Shown in pieces: positions 23,820 through 37,075 of a stretch of 64,000 nt of DNA (position 1 is its first letter; each line of letters opens with the position of its first letter). The stretch covers positions 9,796,001-9,860,000 of the forward strand of contig JBHGNT010000021.1 in NCBI GenBank assembly GCA_043228905.1, read 5' to 3'. The notes beneath the pieces are model-generated. The model made no database searches and had not been told where the DNA came from. It saw nothing but the letters and a program-made list of their open reading frames with translations. This stretch comes from Azolla caroliniana. Taxonomy: Eukaryota > Plantae > Polypodiophyta. The translations under genes and the position numbers were made by a program.

Positions 23820-24775
23820 TTTGGCACAGTGAATTCGAGCCTGATTCCCATCGATTGACAATACTCCTCGAACTGCCTCTAGTATTCACCTCCGTTGTCC
23901 GCTTGAACCGCTTTCAGGATTTGGGTGGTTTCTCTCTCCACTCTCACGTGGAACTTGTTAAAGGCGGATAATACCTAGTCCTTCTTCTTTAGCGGTGAGA
24001 CCCACAACTTCCGGTTGTGGTCATCTATGAACTTCACGAAGTACTACGACCCAGCATGTGACTTCGTGTCCACTTGGCATACATCGGTATGCACAAGTTC
24101 TCGTGGTGCATTCCGTCTCGACGGTCATTGGGTTCAGAAAGAGGTTCGGTTTGGCTTGCCGCCCAAGCAATCAGTGCACTTCTCCAGCTGCATGTCTTTC
24201 ATCTCCGAAATGAGGTTATCTTCAGCAAGCCTCCACATTCCCTTCTAGATCTTGTGACACAACCTCTTGTGCCATAGCTCACCAGTACTGTCGGATACCA
24301 AGTTCACTTCTTCCTGTCATATCCGGGAATGCATTAAGTGCAATGTGTTCATCTTCCGGGCCTGAGCCACAATCAGGCTTCCTTTGCAAAACTTCATGAC
24401 TCCATTCTGGATGCTACTCGTGTAGCCTTCATCATCTAGCCGACCGACTGATATCAGGTTCAATCGAACCTCCGGAACGTGTCAGACCTCTTTCAGCAAC
24501 AACTTGCACCCAATTGGCGTTGTTAGCCACACATCTTCTATGCCAACAAATCGGCATGCACTTTCATTTCCCATCCGAACAGAACCATGATCTCTGGCTC
24601 TATAAGATGAGAAGCACTTCCAGTCGAGGGTCAGATGGAACGATGCGCCGGAGTCAAGCAACCACGTCATTTCGTCGCTACGAGATGTAGCTTGCTCTCC
24701 TCTGTGATGAGCAACAATTCTTCTTCCCTTGTCGCAATTGCCGACGTTCCCTTCCGATCCGAACTCCTCCGGTTC
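23820..24775 (-). pseudogene. Element I: copia protease / GAG-pre-integrase / integrase fragment (Tnt1/Tork-like type); host of D
   Basis: WLLDSGASFHLT..GSVRMGNESAC, LWHKRLCH, FIDDHNRKLWV, ADNGGEY; cut at 23819 by the LTR of D. Confidence 0.82.
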
Positions 24776-27414
24776 GGACCTAGAGGTACTAGTTGGGCAT
24801 GATGCCGTCATCGAATTTTCTCTATGTCGTGTAAAGAACATTCTGCCATGATCTTTGTAGTTGGAGTTTGAGGCATAGTTAGTAAGTTGTCAACTTGTGA
24901 AGGCCGACTCAGTTTTCTTCTTCCAATAGTCTGCCTCGTAGTAGCCGAATTTGCCACAGTATCTACATTGGATAGAGTTGTTTTGATGGATTGGTCAAGC
25001 ATGATTGCTCCCCCTTCTTCCAAGAGTTCCACCTTGCGTGGTTGTAACATGTTCCATGTAGTAGAAGTTTTGTTCGCGGGGTTGTTCTTGGTTGTGATGA
25101 CCTTGGCTGTGTTGGCATAAAAGACCGACTCCTTCCACTTTGTATCCTAGTGTGTGAACACATTCAAATAGTTAGGTCTCAGTCGCTAAGCAACAACCTA
25201 ACGTTGTAACATCATCTTGATCATTCTTGTACATTAAATCTCTGAGAGAGAGAGAGAGCGAAAATAGAGAAAGCTTCCATTAGAGCTCGAACTGTGTCTA
25301 TGCTTCAATCATATCTTCTATAATACTCTCTGTGTTGTTTTCTATGCACATTCACCGACAGGTCCTCACTTGGTTTCGCACATTCCCTCCATGAACTGGT
25401 ATCAAAGCGACCTGTTGTTCGGCGACGACGAAAAGACAGAGAGAAGAGGAAACCCTATAGCTAAAAGAATAGACCAGGTTGGTAAATCTCATTATCAAAA
25501 AGAACATGTCAGGTTGAAATCATTCAACATTGCGAAAAACCTGCTTCGATGACAATCGAAGAGTAGGGATCCATGGATGAAATCACGCTCTCCACCATCT
25601 GAATGTACTTGGCCGAAAATGTCTACTTTAACATGGTCAAGGACACAACAACTTTCTCATTATGGGAGAAGTTGCAAGCAGTTTATGAAAAGAAGTCCTC
25701 CTCGTCGAAACTCATATTGATTCGACAACTATTCAATATGAAGATGAGAGAATCGGATCATGCAGCCTCCCACATCAACAGCTTCAGCTAGGTGTTGTCT
25801 GAACTCTCCTCCCAAGGGATCAACTTTGAAGAAGAAGTTAACGCCCTTGCCCTCCTATCAAGCTTGCCAGCAAGTTGGGAGGTATTCTGCACGACATTCG
25901 CCAATAGCAGTCCGATCCTAATTCTAGATAAGACGATCGGCCCTTGAAAACAAGGGGAGACCGACAGCGGTCGAAGTCGAGAACGAGTCGATCAAGCGAA
26001 TTCTGCACCCACTATAGAAAAACCAGTCACAATGTTTCTGACTACTAGTTCATCAACAGGAAACAGAGTGGTCGGCGATCTGAGCAAAATCGACGACGAT
26101 CGGAGCCGAATCACTCTCCAATCAACAACCAAGTCAATGTTGTTGACACCCAATCAAGAGAAATCCTCTCCTTAGAGGACTCGATGATCAAAGAAGTCCT
26201 CTACAGTGTGCAAGATGTGCACACATAGTTGTTGGACTCTGGCACCACATTTCATGTAACCCTGAACATCGAATGGTTTTCAAACTAATCAGCTAACACC
26301 AGCGGCACAATCCGACTCGATAATGGGCAAGAGTGCATAATCACAGGGATCGGAGTGGTCCCCATCCGACTGCCAAATGGCAACATGATCACCCTGCACC
26401 AAGTTCGGCACATATCCGATTTGAAAAGGAGTCTGGTCTCCATCGGCATGTTAGCCAAAGATGGGTACCGAACGACTCCAAATGAGTCGGCATGGATGAT
26501 CAACTGAGGAAATCTGAGAATCAGAAGCAAGCACAAGTACAACAACTTGTACCCAATGATGGTAATCAATCCAAAAGGGGCCGTAAACGTAGCCAAAAAG
26601 ACCGACACAAACTTATGGCATGGCCGACTCGGCCATATGTCTCAAGCCGGACTCGATCAGTTGATGGTGGTTGGCTACATCCCGAAACTTCAAGCAAAGA
26701 AGGACTTCTGCGAGCATTGTCGATACGGGAAATTGACCTACAGTCCGCACTCTCTTCATTATGAGATGGTATGTCATCCCCTAGAGCTCGTGCACATAGA
26801 TATATGTGGACCGATGCCTGAAAGATCTCTAGGTGTCTCTAGGTACTTCATCACATTCGTCAATGATTGTACACGCAAGGTCTGGGCCTATTCTATTAGG
26901 TCGAAAGACGAACTGCTCGAGATCTTCACTCAATGGTTAATAGAAGCAGAGAACCAATCGGGACACTGAGTGAAGACACTCCGTTCCGACAATGGAGGTG
27001 AATTTACCTCCCGAGCCTTCAAGCAGTACCTGTCTCACAAAGGGATCCGGCATCAAAAGATTGTTTCTTACACACCCATGCAAAATGGAGTGGCAAAACG
27101 AATCAACCAAACAATCCAAGAGAAGATGACGGCAATGAGCCAACAAGCCGGACTGAAGCTAGAGTTTTGGGCTGAAGCATTGCAAACGGAAGTTTACCTA
27201 ATAAATCTATCGTCGTCGATATGCAATCAAGCTTGAACTGCCACAAGCACTATGGTTAGGCAAACAACCAACCTACGAAAGGCTTAGAATTTTCGAATGC
27301 GAAGCATACGCCTTCACCCCCCGGGGAGAGAACCAAGTTGGCACCCCATACAAAAAAATGCATACTTCTCAATTATGCAACCAATGGGGATTTCGGCTAT
27401 CGCCTATAGGACCT

Positions 27415-27752
27415 ATACAGTTCTAATCTGGCAAACAGAGTTGTGCCCCAGTCTGGTTTCTAGTGGAACAAAAATTCTTGATAATAAGAGAAATTAACTC
27501 AATCTACATAGATGAAAGTAATTTTATTAAACTTTGAAATTTTGAACTTTACCATTTTGTTCAAGGTCTAATCCTGGTTTTAATCATAATTACCATTGGT
27601 TTCGTCTGTAAAAGTACTAATTCTAAAGAACCATTTTAATCATAAAACTAATTCTAAAAGAATTATCGGCATGTTAAAATTTGCCTTCAACCATCAGATG
27701 CATTATGAATTTCACAAAGAAGTAGATTCCTACATTTTCAACATACCAACTG
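27415..27752. mobile_element. Insert K: about 340-bp AT-rich non-coding insertion (possible MITE) in the integrase C-terminus of J
   Basis: Interrupts GYRLxDL|ENQKLI; ends cagtt...aactg with a TA on the left only. Confidence 0.5.
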
Positions 27753-28442
27753 GAAAATCAGAAATTGATCCAAAGCAGTCACATAGTCTTCAATGAAGAC
27801 TCTATCCTTTCTGAGTGGAACCAGTAGAAAATAGTGGGCAAAAAGGTCTCTTTCGAAATTCTTTCCAAGTGGAACCAGAGATTCGACAAATAGTCGAACT
27901 CGACCAAACCAACAATACACATGTTGACTCCGAATCAGTAGGAGGTTCACTAGTCGAACTCGAAGACAAAGCCGAATCGACAAGAGTCGAAAAAGGCAAA
28001 GTCGAAAAGATGTGAGTCAGAAACAGAGTCGACCCGACCGAGACAACCAAGGCCAAAGCGAAAAATAGATCCAAGTCGGTGAAGTCTCTCCATCCCGAAG
28101 AAGGGGAGAATGTGGTGACAACACCGAAATCCTACCACAGGGGCGAGTCATCCGAAAGGACTCCTGACATAAGTGGTTGAACAAGTGCCAGTCGGCCGAC
28201 AGAGACAATCGAAGGATCCGAACCGATCATTACGGTAGTTAGGATATCTAGACAAAATCGAAGGCCGACAGAGTTCTATCAATCGAGCCTCGACTAGTCA
28301 ACCACATGGACGCATGCAAACCAAGCACATACGAAGAAGCTATAGTTGTTCCTGATGCTGAAACATGGTTGTAGGCCATGAGGTCCGAGATGGACTCAAT
28401 CAAAGAGAACATTACATTTGAGTTGGTCGAACTACCAGCTAG

Positions 28443-28928
28443 TGTTGTACGTTTTAGGGTTAGGGTTAATGATAATGATAATGATGATTGATAATGAAGA
28501 TAGACATGCTGTAATAATGGAGATGATGAATGGTATGATGGTGAGAGAGAACATGAAGAACAAGACAAGCATTGAGGGGTGGGGGGTGGTGCCTAGAATG
28601 GCTCCACCCCCCTCCCAAGGGGGATCAACGTTTGGGAAGAGAGACAGAGAGAAAGATGTCAAAGAGAGAGAGAGAGAGAGAGAAATGTTCATTGTATTCA
28701 TTGATTCCCCATAAGGGGTTAAATAGGTACAAAGGGGTAGATCCACAAGGGTGCAAGCCCCCTTGGCATTCACACCTAATCACTCACTCACACCTCTTTG
28801 TATCTACCACACTCACACTTACATTCACACTCATAATCGTTTAAAATCACACATACATATCCACACATTACATCTTTCACCCTCACTTATCACACTTACC
28901 AATCACCCGTACATCTCGTACGGTTACA
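28443..28928. repeat. Insert L: solo LTR in the RT of J
   Basis: TG...CA termini with perfect TSD GCTAG (28438-28442 / 28929-28933); frame ELVELPA|RRKPLP resumes. Confidence 0.92.
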
Positions 28929-31417
28929 GCTAGAAGAAAGCCGCTACCTTATAACTGGGTATTCCGATACAAATATGTATATGTTTCAGAGAAGCCCAAG
29001 TACAAAGCTCGGCTCATCGCGAAGGGATTCAAACAAGAACACGGGGTCGACTACAATGAGATATTCTCTCTACTAGTGAAGATGACCACCCTTCGGCTCC
29101 TACTCGAGGTCGTGGCGAAAGAGGACCTAGAGCTTGAGCAACTCGATGTAAAGACAACATTCCTACATGTAGACTTGGAAGAGGACATTTACATGTCCCA
29201 ACCGGCAGGCTTCTTGGCGACAGGGGAGGGTCGCCTCGTATGTCGATTGAAGAAAAGCCTATATGGCTTAAAACAAGCGTTGAGTATGTGGTACCAAAAG
29301 TTCGAATCCTACATCCGACAACTCGTCTATAGGCGGTTCGATTCCGACCCATGTTTATACACTCGGCAATTGGTCGACAAGTCTTGGATTTATCTAATTC
29401 TATATGTCGACAATATGTTGATTGCAAGGAGCAATCAAGCCGAAATCGGAAAGTTAAAGCGGACCCTTCGCGAAAAGTTCGCAATGAAGGAACTTACACA
29501 AGCCCGACACATATTGGGCATGAGGATTGAGCAAAATCAGAAGATGCAGACTCTCTGACTCTCCAAGTCAGACTACATTTGAAAGGTGTTGAGGTGCTTC
29601 AATATGGAGAACACAAAGCCAGCATGAACTCTGCTTCCGACGTCAATCCGACTATCGGACAGAGACTTTCCTTCGACTGATAAGGAGAGAGAGAGATCAA
29701 TGGAAAGATACCATACGCATCGGCAGTAGGAAGTATCATGCACGCGATGGTGACGACCAAACACGATCTTGCATATGTCGTGGGGGTCGTCAGCCGGTAC
29801 ATGTCAAATCCAAGATGGAAGCTTTGGGAGGCTGTCAAACACATTTTCAGATACCTAAAAGGAACTGAAGATGCACAACTGACTTTCGGATCCGCAAACC
29901 TGACCGAAGTCGAAGGCTACACTGACTCTGACTACGTTGGGAATTCGGATAATCTGAAGTCGACATGAGGCTACATCTTCACCTACGGTGGCGACGCTAT
30001 ATCATGGAGGTCAAATCTCCAAGAGTGCACGGCCCTGTCTACCACAAAGCCCATAGTAGCGTCGGAGGCAAGGCAGGAAGAGATCTTGTTGCACTGACTA
30101 ACTACCAACTTTTCAGCTACAAGCTGAATCAATCAACCAAAGCCAACCATCTATTGCGACTCACAGAGCGCAATAAACCTCATAAACAACCCTTTCTATC
30201 ACGCGCAGATAAAGCATATTGAGGTGCAGTATCATCACATTTGGGAGTTGATAACCGAAAAGAAGCTCGAAGTCCGGAATATCGACAACGAGGTGAACAT
30301 CGCCAATTGCTTGACGACGCCATTCCCAGATCAACGCTTCGGAACACTGAGGACAAAGATGGAACTACGACAAGTGACCAACCAGAAGAAAGCCAAATGA
30401 GCAGAAGGGAAGTCGAAAACCGACCCGAACAGACTCACGAAAAGATGAAGATACGAACAATAGACACAAGGCCGAAATTGAGAATCGGACACAAACCAAC
30501 TTCGACAGTAGGACTGATTCGAACACGTTGATTTGACCGACTCGAACCAGCCGAACCTTAAAGCAAACCAAATCAGGCTAGACATCGACTTCACCTTTGC
30601 CAACTCGGCTATATCCCAAGTGACTTGTAATATATATTTAGATTAATTTTGTAATCTAGGTTTATGGGGGAGATAACCCCAATCACTTGTACGTGTACGA
30701 AAGAGTAGTCCTTTTACGGGGGAGTTTGTTGGCATAAAAAGCCGACTCCTTCCACTTTGTATCGTACTGTATGAACACGTCCAAATAGTTAGGGCTCCAT
30801 AGCTAAGCATTTACAACCTAACATTGTAACATCATCTTCATCATTCTCGTACATTGAGTCTCTAAGAGAGAGAGAGAAAAAATAGAGAAAGTTTCCATTA
30901 AAGCTCGAACTGTGTCTACGCTTCAATCATATCTTCTATTCATACTCTCTATGTTGTTTGATGTGCACATTCACTGACATGTCCTCACTTGCTTTCACGC
31001 ATTCATTCCATGAGGCCGAATCTGCTTTTTCTTCCAGGAATTTCTCCCCTTCCTCCATCTGAGTTTGAATAGAGCATGTGTCCTTGCACATTGGTCCTCG
31101 TTCAGACGTGATTTTTTTCGACCAATAGGTGTCATGATATGGCAAGACTCGAACACACGACCTTATGTTACATGGGTCGAGCTCTTGACCATTAGACTAT
31201 ATGTTGTAATACAAAAGATATTATTTTAAGTTTTACTATAGAAAATTGATGTATATTCCAGATTTCTCTGGAACATTCTAGAAACTTCAGGAGTACTCCT
31301 GAGAAGACTATAAAAGGAGGCAGAAGGCATTATTTCTAATGAAATCGGTTCAACACTAGTCTCAAGCCTCCTAGCCATCCTTGTATATTCTTTTCACATA
31401 ATATATCGTTGTCATCA

Positions 31418-31473
<56 letters not shown>

Positions 31474-31547
31474 TCTCTCGAGTGTTCTACACCCTCTTTT
31501 CCTCTTAGTACTAATTTCCTCTCTATCTCAGTACTATTCTTGATAGT

Positions 31548-31559
31548 TTGAACCGATTT
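31548..31559 (+). promoter_or_regulatory. Self-priming-type PBS of M, complementary to LTR 31342-31353
   Basis: ttgaaccgattt is the exact reverse complement of aaatcggttcaa, about 30 nt downstream of the LTR TATA box; no TGG tRNA PBS. Confidence 0.82.
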
Positions 31560-31579
31560 TCCTCACCTCTTTCGTCCTC

Positions 31580-32679
31580 TTCCTTTTATCTTCTTACGTT
31601 TCCCTCCCTTCATACTAATATCTTATTTCTCTTTCCTCTCATCGTATGACCACTGTTAGCGTTCAAGAATATCAATCCGTTTTCTCGGAGCTGCAATTCT
31701 TGAAAGAGAAGTTCCTTGCTTTGGAACAAGAAAATCAACGGTTGTTTGGGGATCTTCAACAAATCTCCTTAGTAAAGCAGCAGACGCAACAATAACATGG
31801 GGAACTAGCGTTACGTGTACAACAACTCGAAGCAACTATAGTAACGATGCCACAACAATGACCCAATACTCAAGGGATTCATAAAGAACCCATGATCAGC
31901 CTTCCCATGAAATTCGATGGAACGTGATTGCAGTTTAGAGGATTCCTTAATCAGGTACGGTTATGTTAGGAAACAGGTCCCTCCGTATGGGAAGTGAGAA
32001 GAACAATGTTGATGAGCAACTCGGCAACGGAAGACCCGGTGAGAACCGGATGTGGAGTACCCGGCAACGGAAGACCTGGTGAGAACCGGATGACGAGTAC
32101 CCGGCAAGGAAGACCCGGTGAGAACCAGATGTTGCAAGCCCGGTGAGAACCTCTCACCGGATGAAGGGACATATATGTAAATATGTTCCAGAGAGCCCAC
32201 TGGGGCTATATTTTGTAAATAGCCAAAAGTCATATTAGTATAAATATGACCTAGGGCAAACTCTCTGTGTGTGTAATTTTGGTGTAACGACTGTATTCCT
32301 TTTATCTTCTTATGTTTCCCTCCCTTCATACTAATATCTTATTCCTCTTTCCTCTCATCGTATGGCCACTGTTAGCGCTCAAGAATATCAATTCGTTTTC
32401 TCGGAGGTGCAATGCTTGAAAGAGAAGTTCCTTGCTTTGGAACAAGAAAATCAACGGTTGTTTGGGGATCTTCAACAAATCTCCTTAGTAAAGAAGCAGA
32501 CGCAACAATAACATGGGGAACTAGCGTTACGCGTGCAACAACTCGAAGCAACCATAGTAACGATGCAACAACAATGACCCAATACTCAAGGGATTCATAA
32601 AGAACCCATGATCAGCCTTCCCATGAAATTCGATGGAACGCGATTGCAGTTTAGAGGATTCCTTAATTAGGTACGGTTA
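31580..32679 (+). repeat. About 384-bp direct duplication of the M leader/gag start (31580-31963 and 32296-32679) flanking truncated LTR N
   Basis: Both copies run from ttccttttatcttctta to ggtacggtta. Confidence 0.92.
31964..32295 (+). repeat. Insert N: 3'-truncated LTR related to solo LTR O, with about 3 tandem 40-bp repeats (about 32019-32140)
   Basis: Starts tgttaggaaacaggtccctccgtatggga (O: tgttgggaaatcagtctctccaaatggga); shares ggctatattt-gtaaatagcc and agtataaatatgac with O. Confidence 0.8.
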
Positions 32680-35600
32680 GTCATTCAAATGCATCCTTCC
32701 CTATATCCCACGGATGCATCACGAGTGGGTTTAGTAGGCACGTTGTTAAGTGGCTCAGCTTTGGCATGGTTCGCTCCGTTGTTAGAAAAGGAATCTCCTT
32801 TACTAAACAATTTTGAAGAGTTTTTAAGTTTAAAGCTTGTTTTGGAGATACTGATAGCATAAGGACAACAATCAACAAAATCCGATGATTACATCAAGGT
32901 GATCATCCAGCCTCCACATACGTTGAAGATTTTTGCCTACTCGCCTCTGATATCCCCTAGGATGACCAAGCAATAATGGAGCAATTTCATTATGGTCTAC
33001 GTTACGATGTCAAGGATTTACTCTTGACCTTCCCCGAAGAACCAAAGTCATTGACAGAAGAAATCAGTCGCGTGGTAAGATGCGACAACCGTCTTTTCGA
33101 ACGACATTTGAAACGTCAGTTCCAGATGCCAAGGGCAAGATCAGAGCCCACCTATGCCTTAGTGGTAGAAAAACCTTTTCCAAGGGAGTCATATAATGTG
33201 TCTCCATTGAATACTCCAACTTCGATGGAAATTGACAACATTACACGTCATCGCGGACCATTAGAGGAAGAAGAAAAGCGGCGACGTCGAGCAAATCGAC
33301 TATGTCTTTATTGTGGTGGACCAGGGCATATTGCAGTGAACTATCCCCATCGGCCAAGAAGACAGGTAAACCAAATAGTTGTTAGTTCTAATTGTAGTAA
33401 ACCCGAGTCTATTTCATTAGGAATATCTGATAGTCCTAATAGTACTAATAGCCCAAATCTATCGAACAAATTTGATATCCTTAGTTAGTTAGAAGAAGAG
33501 TTAAACGACTAAGTCCATCGAAAATAGGAGTCGTTTGGTTGGACGGCCCTAGATTTGTGCAGCCCATTTGTGGTTCCATTCCCTCTTAGCAAGTTAGCAA
33601 TGTGTTCTTAGCCCAAGTAACAATTAGTACTAAAAGTACCTCTCCAGTACATGTCTCAACATTCCTAGATTCCAGAGCTAATTCTTGCTTCATGCATAGG
33701 AATTTTGCCCAAGCTCACCAGATATCCCTAAGAAAACTCCCGTGTCCAGCCTCTGTAGTAGTCATTGATGGCCGTCCCATTGCTTCTGGAAATATCATAG
33801 AAGAGTCAACGCCCATTAATATTGTCCTAGATAATTTAGCGTGTGTAGTATTATTTAATATAATTAGTATCCAAGAACATCCCATTGTTTTGGGATTACC
33901 ATGGTTTGAATTACATAACCCAGACATAGATTGGAGAACAAGAGAAATCCGGTATCGATAAACCTGAGGAGCTACTTATAAGATTGCAACCATTTCCCTA
34001 CATCAGTTGCGTGAGGAAGGACGAAAAGAAGAAATGTTTCTCTTCGCAGTATCAGTAAAACCCTCCAACACCACTAAAGAGGAGTCCACCATTCAACTTC
34101 TACGGAGGTATCGTCATTATGCCGATGTGTTCGATAACGTACAAGCCAATACGCTTCCTCACCATTGACCGTATGATTGCCCCATCGATTTACAACCGGG
34201 AAAAGAGCCACCATGGGGACCAATCTACAATTTGTCACCAACCGAGCTAGAAGTCCTTCAAGCCTAAATAGATGAGAATTTCGCAAATGGTTTCATTCGA
34301 CATTCGAAATCTCCAGCCGGCGCACCCATTTTCTTCATCAAGAAAAAGGATGGATCACTTCGTCTCGTCGTAGATTACCATGGCTTGAATAAGGTCACCA
34401 TCAAGAATAGGTATGCAATTCCCCTTATCTCAAGTCTTTTAGAACGGATCAATGGTTCAAGGTTCTTCACAAATATCGACTTATGAGGAGCATATAAACT
34501 CATACGGATCCAACCAGGAGATGAATGGAAGACCGTGTTTCGCACCAGATATGGGCACTTCGAGAATACGGTCATGTCATTCAGCCTCACTAATGCGCCA
34601 ACAGTCTTCCAGCACATGGCAAATGATATCTTGTGAGATCTCTTGGATGTTTGTTTGATCATCTATTTGGATGATCTACTGGTTATTCGAAGACCCAAGA
34701 AGATCATGATTCTCATGTACTATTAATACTAAAGCGACTTCAAGAACACGGTCTTTATGCAAAGCTTGAAAAATGTAGTTTCGGGTGCAACCAGGTAGAA
34801 TTTTTGGGCTATGTCATTTCCTCGGAAGGCATCTCCATGGATCCAGCTAAGGTCAAAACGATGGTAGAGTAGAAGACTCCAAATTTGTTGCGAGATGTGC
34901 AATGCTTTTTAGGATTTGCCAATTTCTACCCCAAGTTTATACATGATTACTCAAAGCTTGTTCTGCCTCTCACACAATGTACCAGGAAGGGACAATCGTT
35001 CATTTGGTCTGAAGAAGCAGACAAGGCTTTTGAGAGTCTTAAGAAGGCATTTATATCAGCTCCAATTCTAGCTCATGTTGATCCAGAAAAACCATTCATC
35101 ATTGAAGCAGACGCGTCGGATTTAGCCTTGGGTAGCATTCTATCACAACAAGGCGATGATGAAAAGCTACATCCTATGGCTTTCCACTCACGCAAGTTTG
35201 ACGCTGCCAAAATCAACTATGAAATTCATGATAAGGAGCTATTAGCGATAGCAGACCCTTTTACACAATGGAGCAATTTTGTAGAGGGATCTTCTCATCA
35301 AGTCACCATATTCAATGATCACAAAAGCCTTGCCTACTTTTAGAATGCTCGTGTGTTAAATTGACGTCAAGCTCGATGGGCCCAATTCCTCACTCATTTC
35401 GACTTCAAAATTACATATCGTCTAGGGAAGCAACAAGGGAAGGCAGATGCATTATCACGGTGCTCGTATCTAGCATTGCGTCCTGGCGAGCCAGCTTTCA
35501 ATAACCAAAAGCAAGTAATCCTAGGACTGGCATGACTGCAAGCAATGCAGGTCTTTGGAATGCCCTTGGATTCCTACGTTATCGATACCATACATGAGAA

Positions 35601-37075
35601 CTTGAAGTTAGATGCTTTTGCCCAAGCCATTCTAGCACAAATTGATCCCTCTCAAGCATCTTGTTCACAATCGCAACAACCAAGTACAGACTATAGACAA
35701 TTCGAATGTCATGATGGATTACTATTCTTTAAGAAACTCTTGTATGTTCCCAATGGTTCTTGTCGCCTTCGAGTAGTCCAAAATTGTCATGACACATATA
35801 CAACTAGGCATTTTGGTAGTACTAAAATATTAGATTTAGTACAACGATCATTCTGGTGACCCCATATGCGACAATTTGTTGAAGATTTTGTTCAGCCTTG
35901 TGATACATGTTGCAGAGCAAGAATACCAAGGCATCATCCATATGGTTTATTAGAACCATTACCAATTCCAAGTAAGCCGTGGCAATCCATTGCTCTAGAT
36001 TTCATCACAAATCTTCTAGTCTCTAAGGGATTCGATGCGATCTTAACAATAGTAGATCGATATGTGAAGATGGGCCATTTCCTGCCATGTGCTAAGGAAA
36101 TCTCCAGTGAAGAAACCGCCGAAACTGTCATGCGTGAAGTATGTCGGCATCATGGCCTTCCCGATAGTATCATCAGCGATCGTGGACCCTAGTTCGTCTC
36201 GAAATTATAGAAGCACCTCTTTAAAATGCTCGAGGTCACTTGTAACCTCTCCTCCGGTTATCACCCACAAACAAACGGCCAAGCAGAATGAACAAATCAA
36301 ACGCTCGAGCAATATCTTCGGTGCTTTCTAGGCTATCATCAAGATAACTGGGAGGATATTCTCCACTTTGCCGAATTTGCGTATAATAACTCTGTCCACT
36401 CATCCACAAAGGTTACACCATTTTATGCTTATACGGGTTGTCACCCCCAGTGGTGTGTATTTGAAACCTCAGAGTTACCCACAAATCCTTGCGCAGAGGA
36501 TCGTTTGGAGTGGTTGCGCAAGATACAAATTTATCTACTCATCTACAACAAGCTCAACAAACACACAAGGTTTATGCAGATCGTCATCGGCTTCCATCCA
36601 ATTTTAACATTGGAGATCGGGTATTGGCTATTACGATGATACATCAAGACTTCTCGACCATGCGAGAAGTTGGATTATTGGTGATTAGGTCCTTTTCGTA
36701 TTATCAAAACAATTAATGATGTCGCTTTTCGTCTCGATCTACCTCCACAACTTCGGATACATCCGGTGTTTCATAGTTCTCTCCTCGAACCCTATCAAAA
36801 CCGCACCATCCTAGGTCATATTAAACAAACCCCCGATCGAACTTGAAGATGGACCTAAGTATGAGGTTGCCACCATCCTCGATTCCAAGATTGTTCGCAA
36901 CAAGCTCTACTATTTAGTCAATTGGCTAGGATATAGTCCCAGCGAGCGTACTTTGGAACCAATAGAGAATGTAACCAATGCTTGTGCTCTTCTTGAAGAC
37001 TTTCATCATCAATATCCAGACAAACCGGGTCCTCAATCCAAAACGACTTGTGACATTCGTCGTTTTAAAGTGAGG
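32362..37075 (+). pseudogene. gag and pol of M, many premature stops
   Basis: ORF fragments 32976-33488, 33602-33961, 34885-35343, 35545-35859, 35866-36192; colinear with pol of A. Confidence 0.9.

Larger units (their letters stand above)
25110..31013 (+). mobile_element. Element J: decayed full-length Ty1/copia (Tnt1/Tork-like) with short (about 285 bp) LTRs
   Basis: LTRs 25110-25394 and 30727-31013; PBS tggtatcaaagc at 25397; PPT cgggggag; TSD ggctg/ggccg; gag (25603), integrase (26547-27236), RT (29076-29558 YVDN), RNase H (29738-30300). Confidence 0.92.

Noticed and set aside
28454-28468. ttagggttagggtta telomere-like repeat (also aaaccct x2 at about 22624)
   Set aside because: Only two units inside TE sequence; common telo-box-like motif.
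32019-32160. Repeats of cccggtgagaaccgg that could suggest a CRISPR-like array
   Set aside because: They are 40-bp head-to-tail tandem units without unique spacers, inside an LTR, in eukaryotic TE context with no cas genes.
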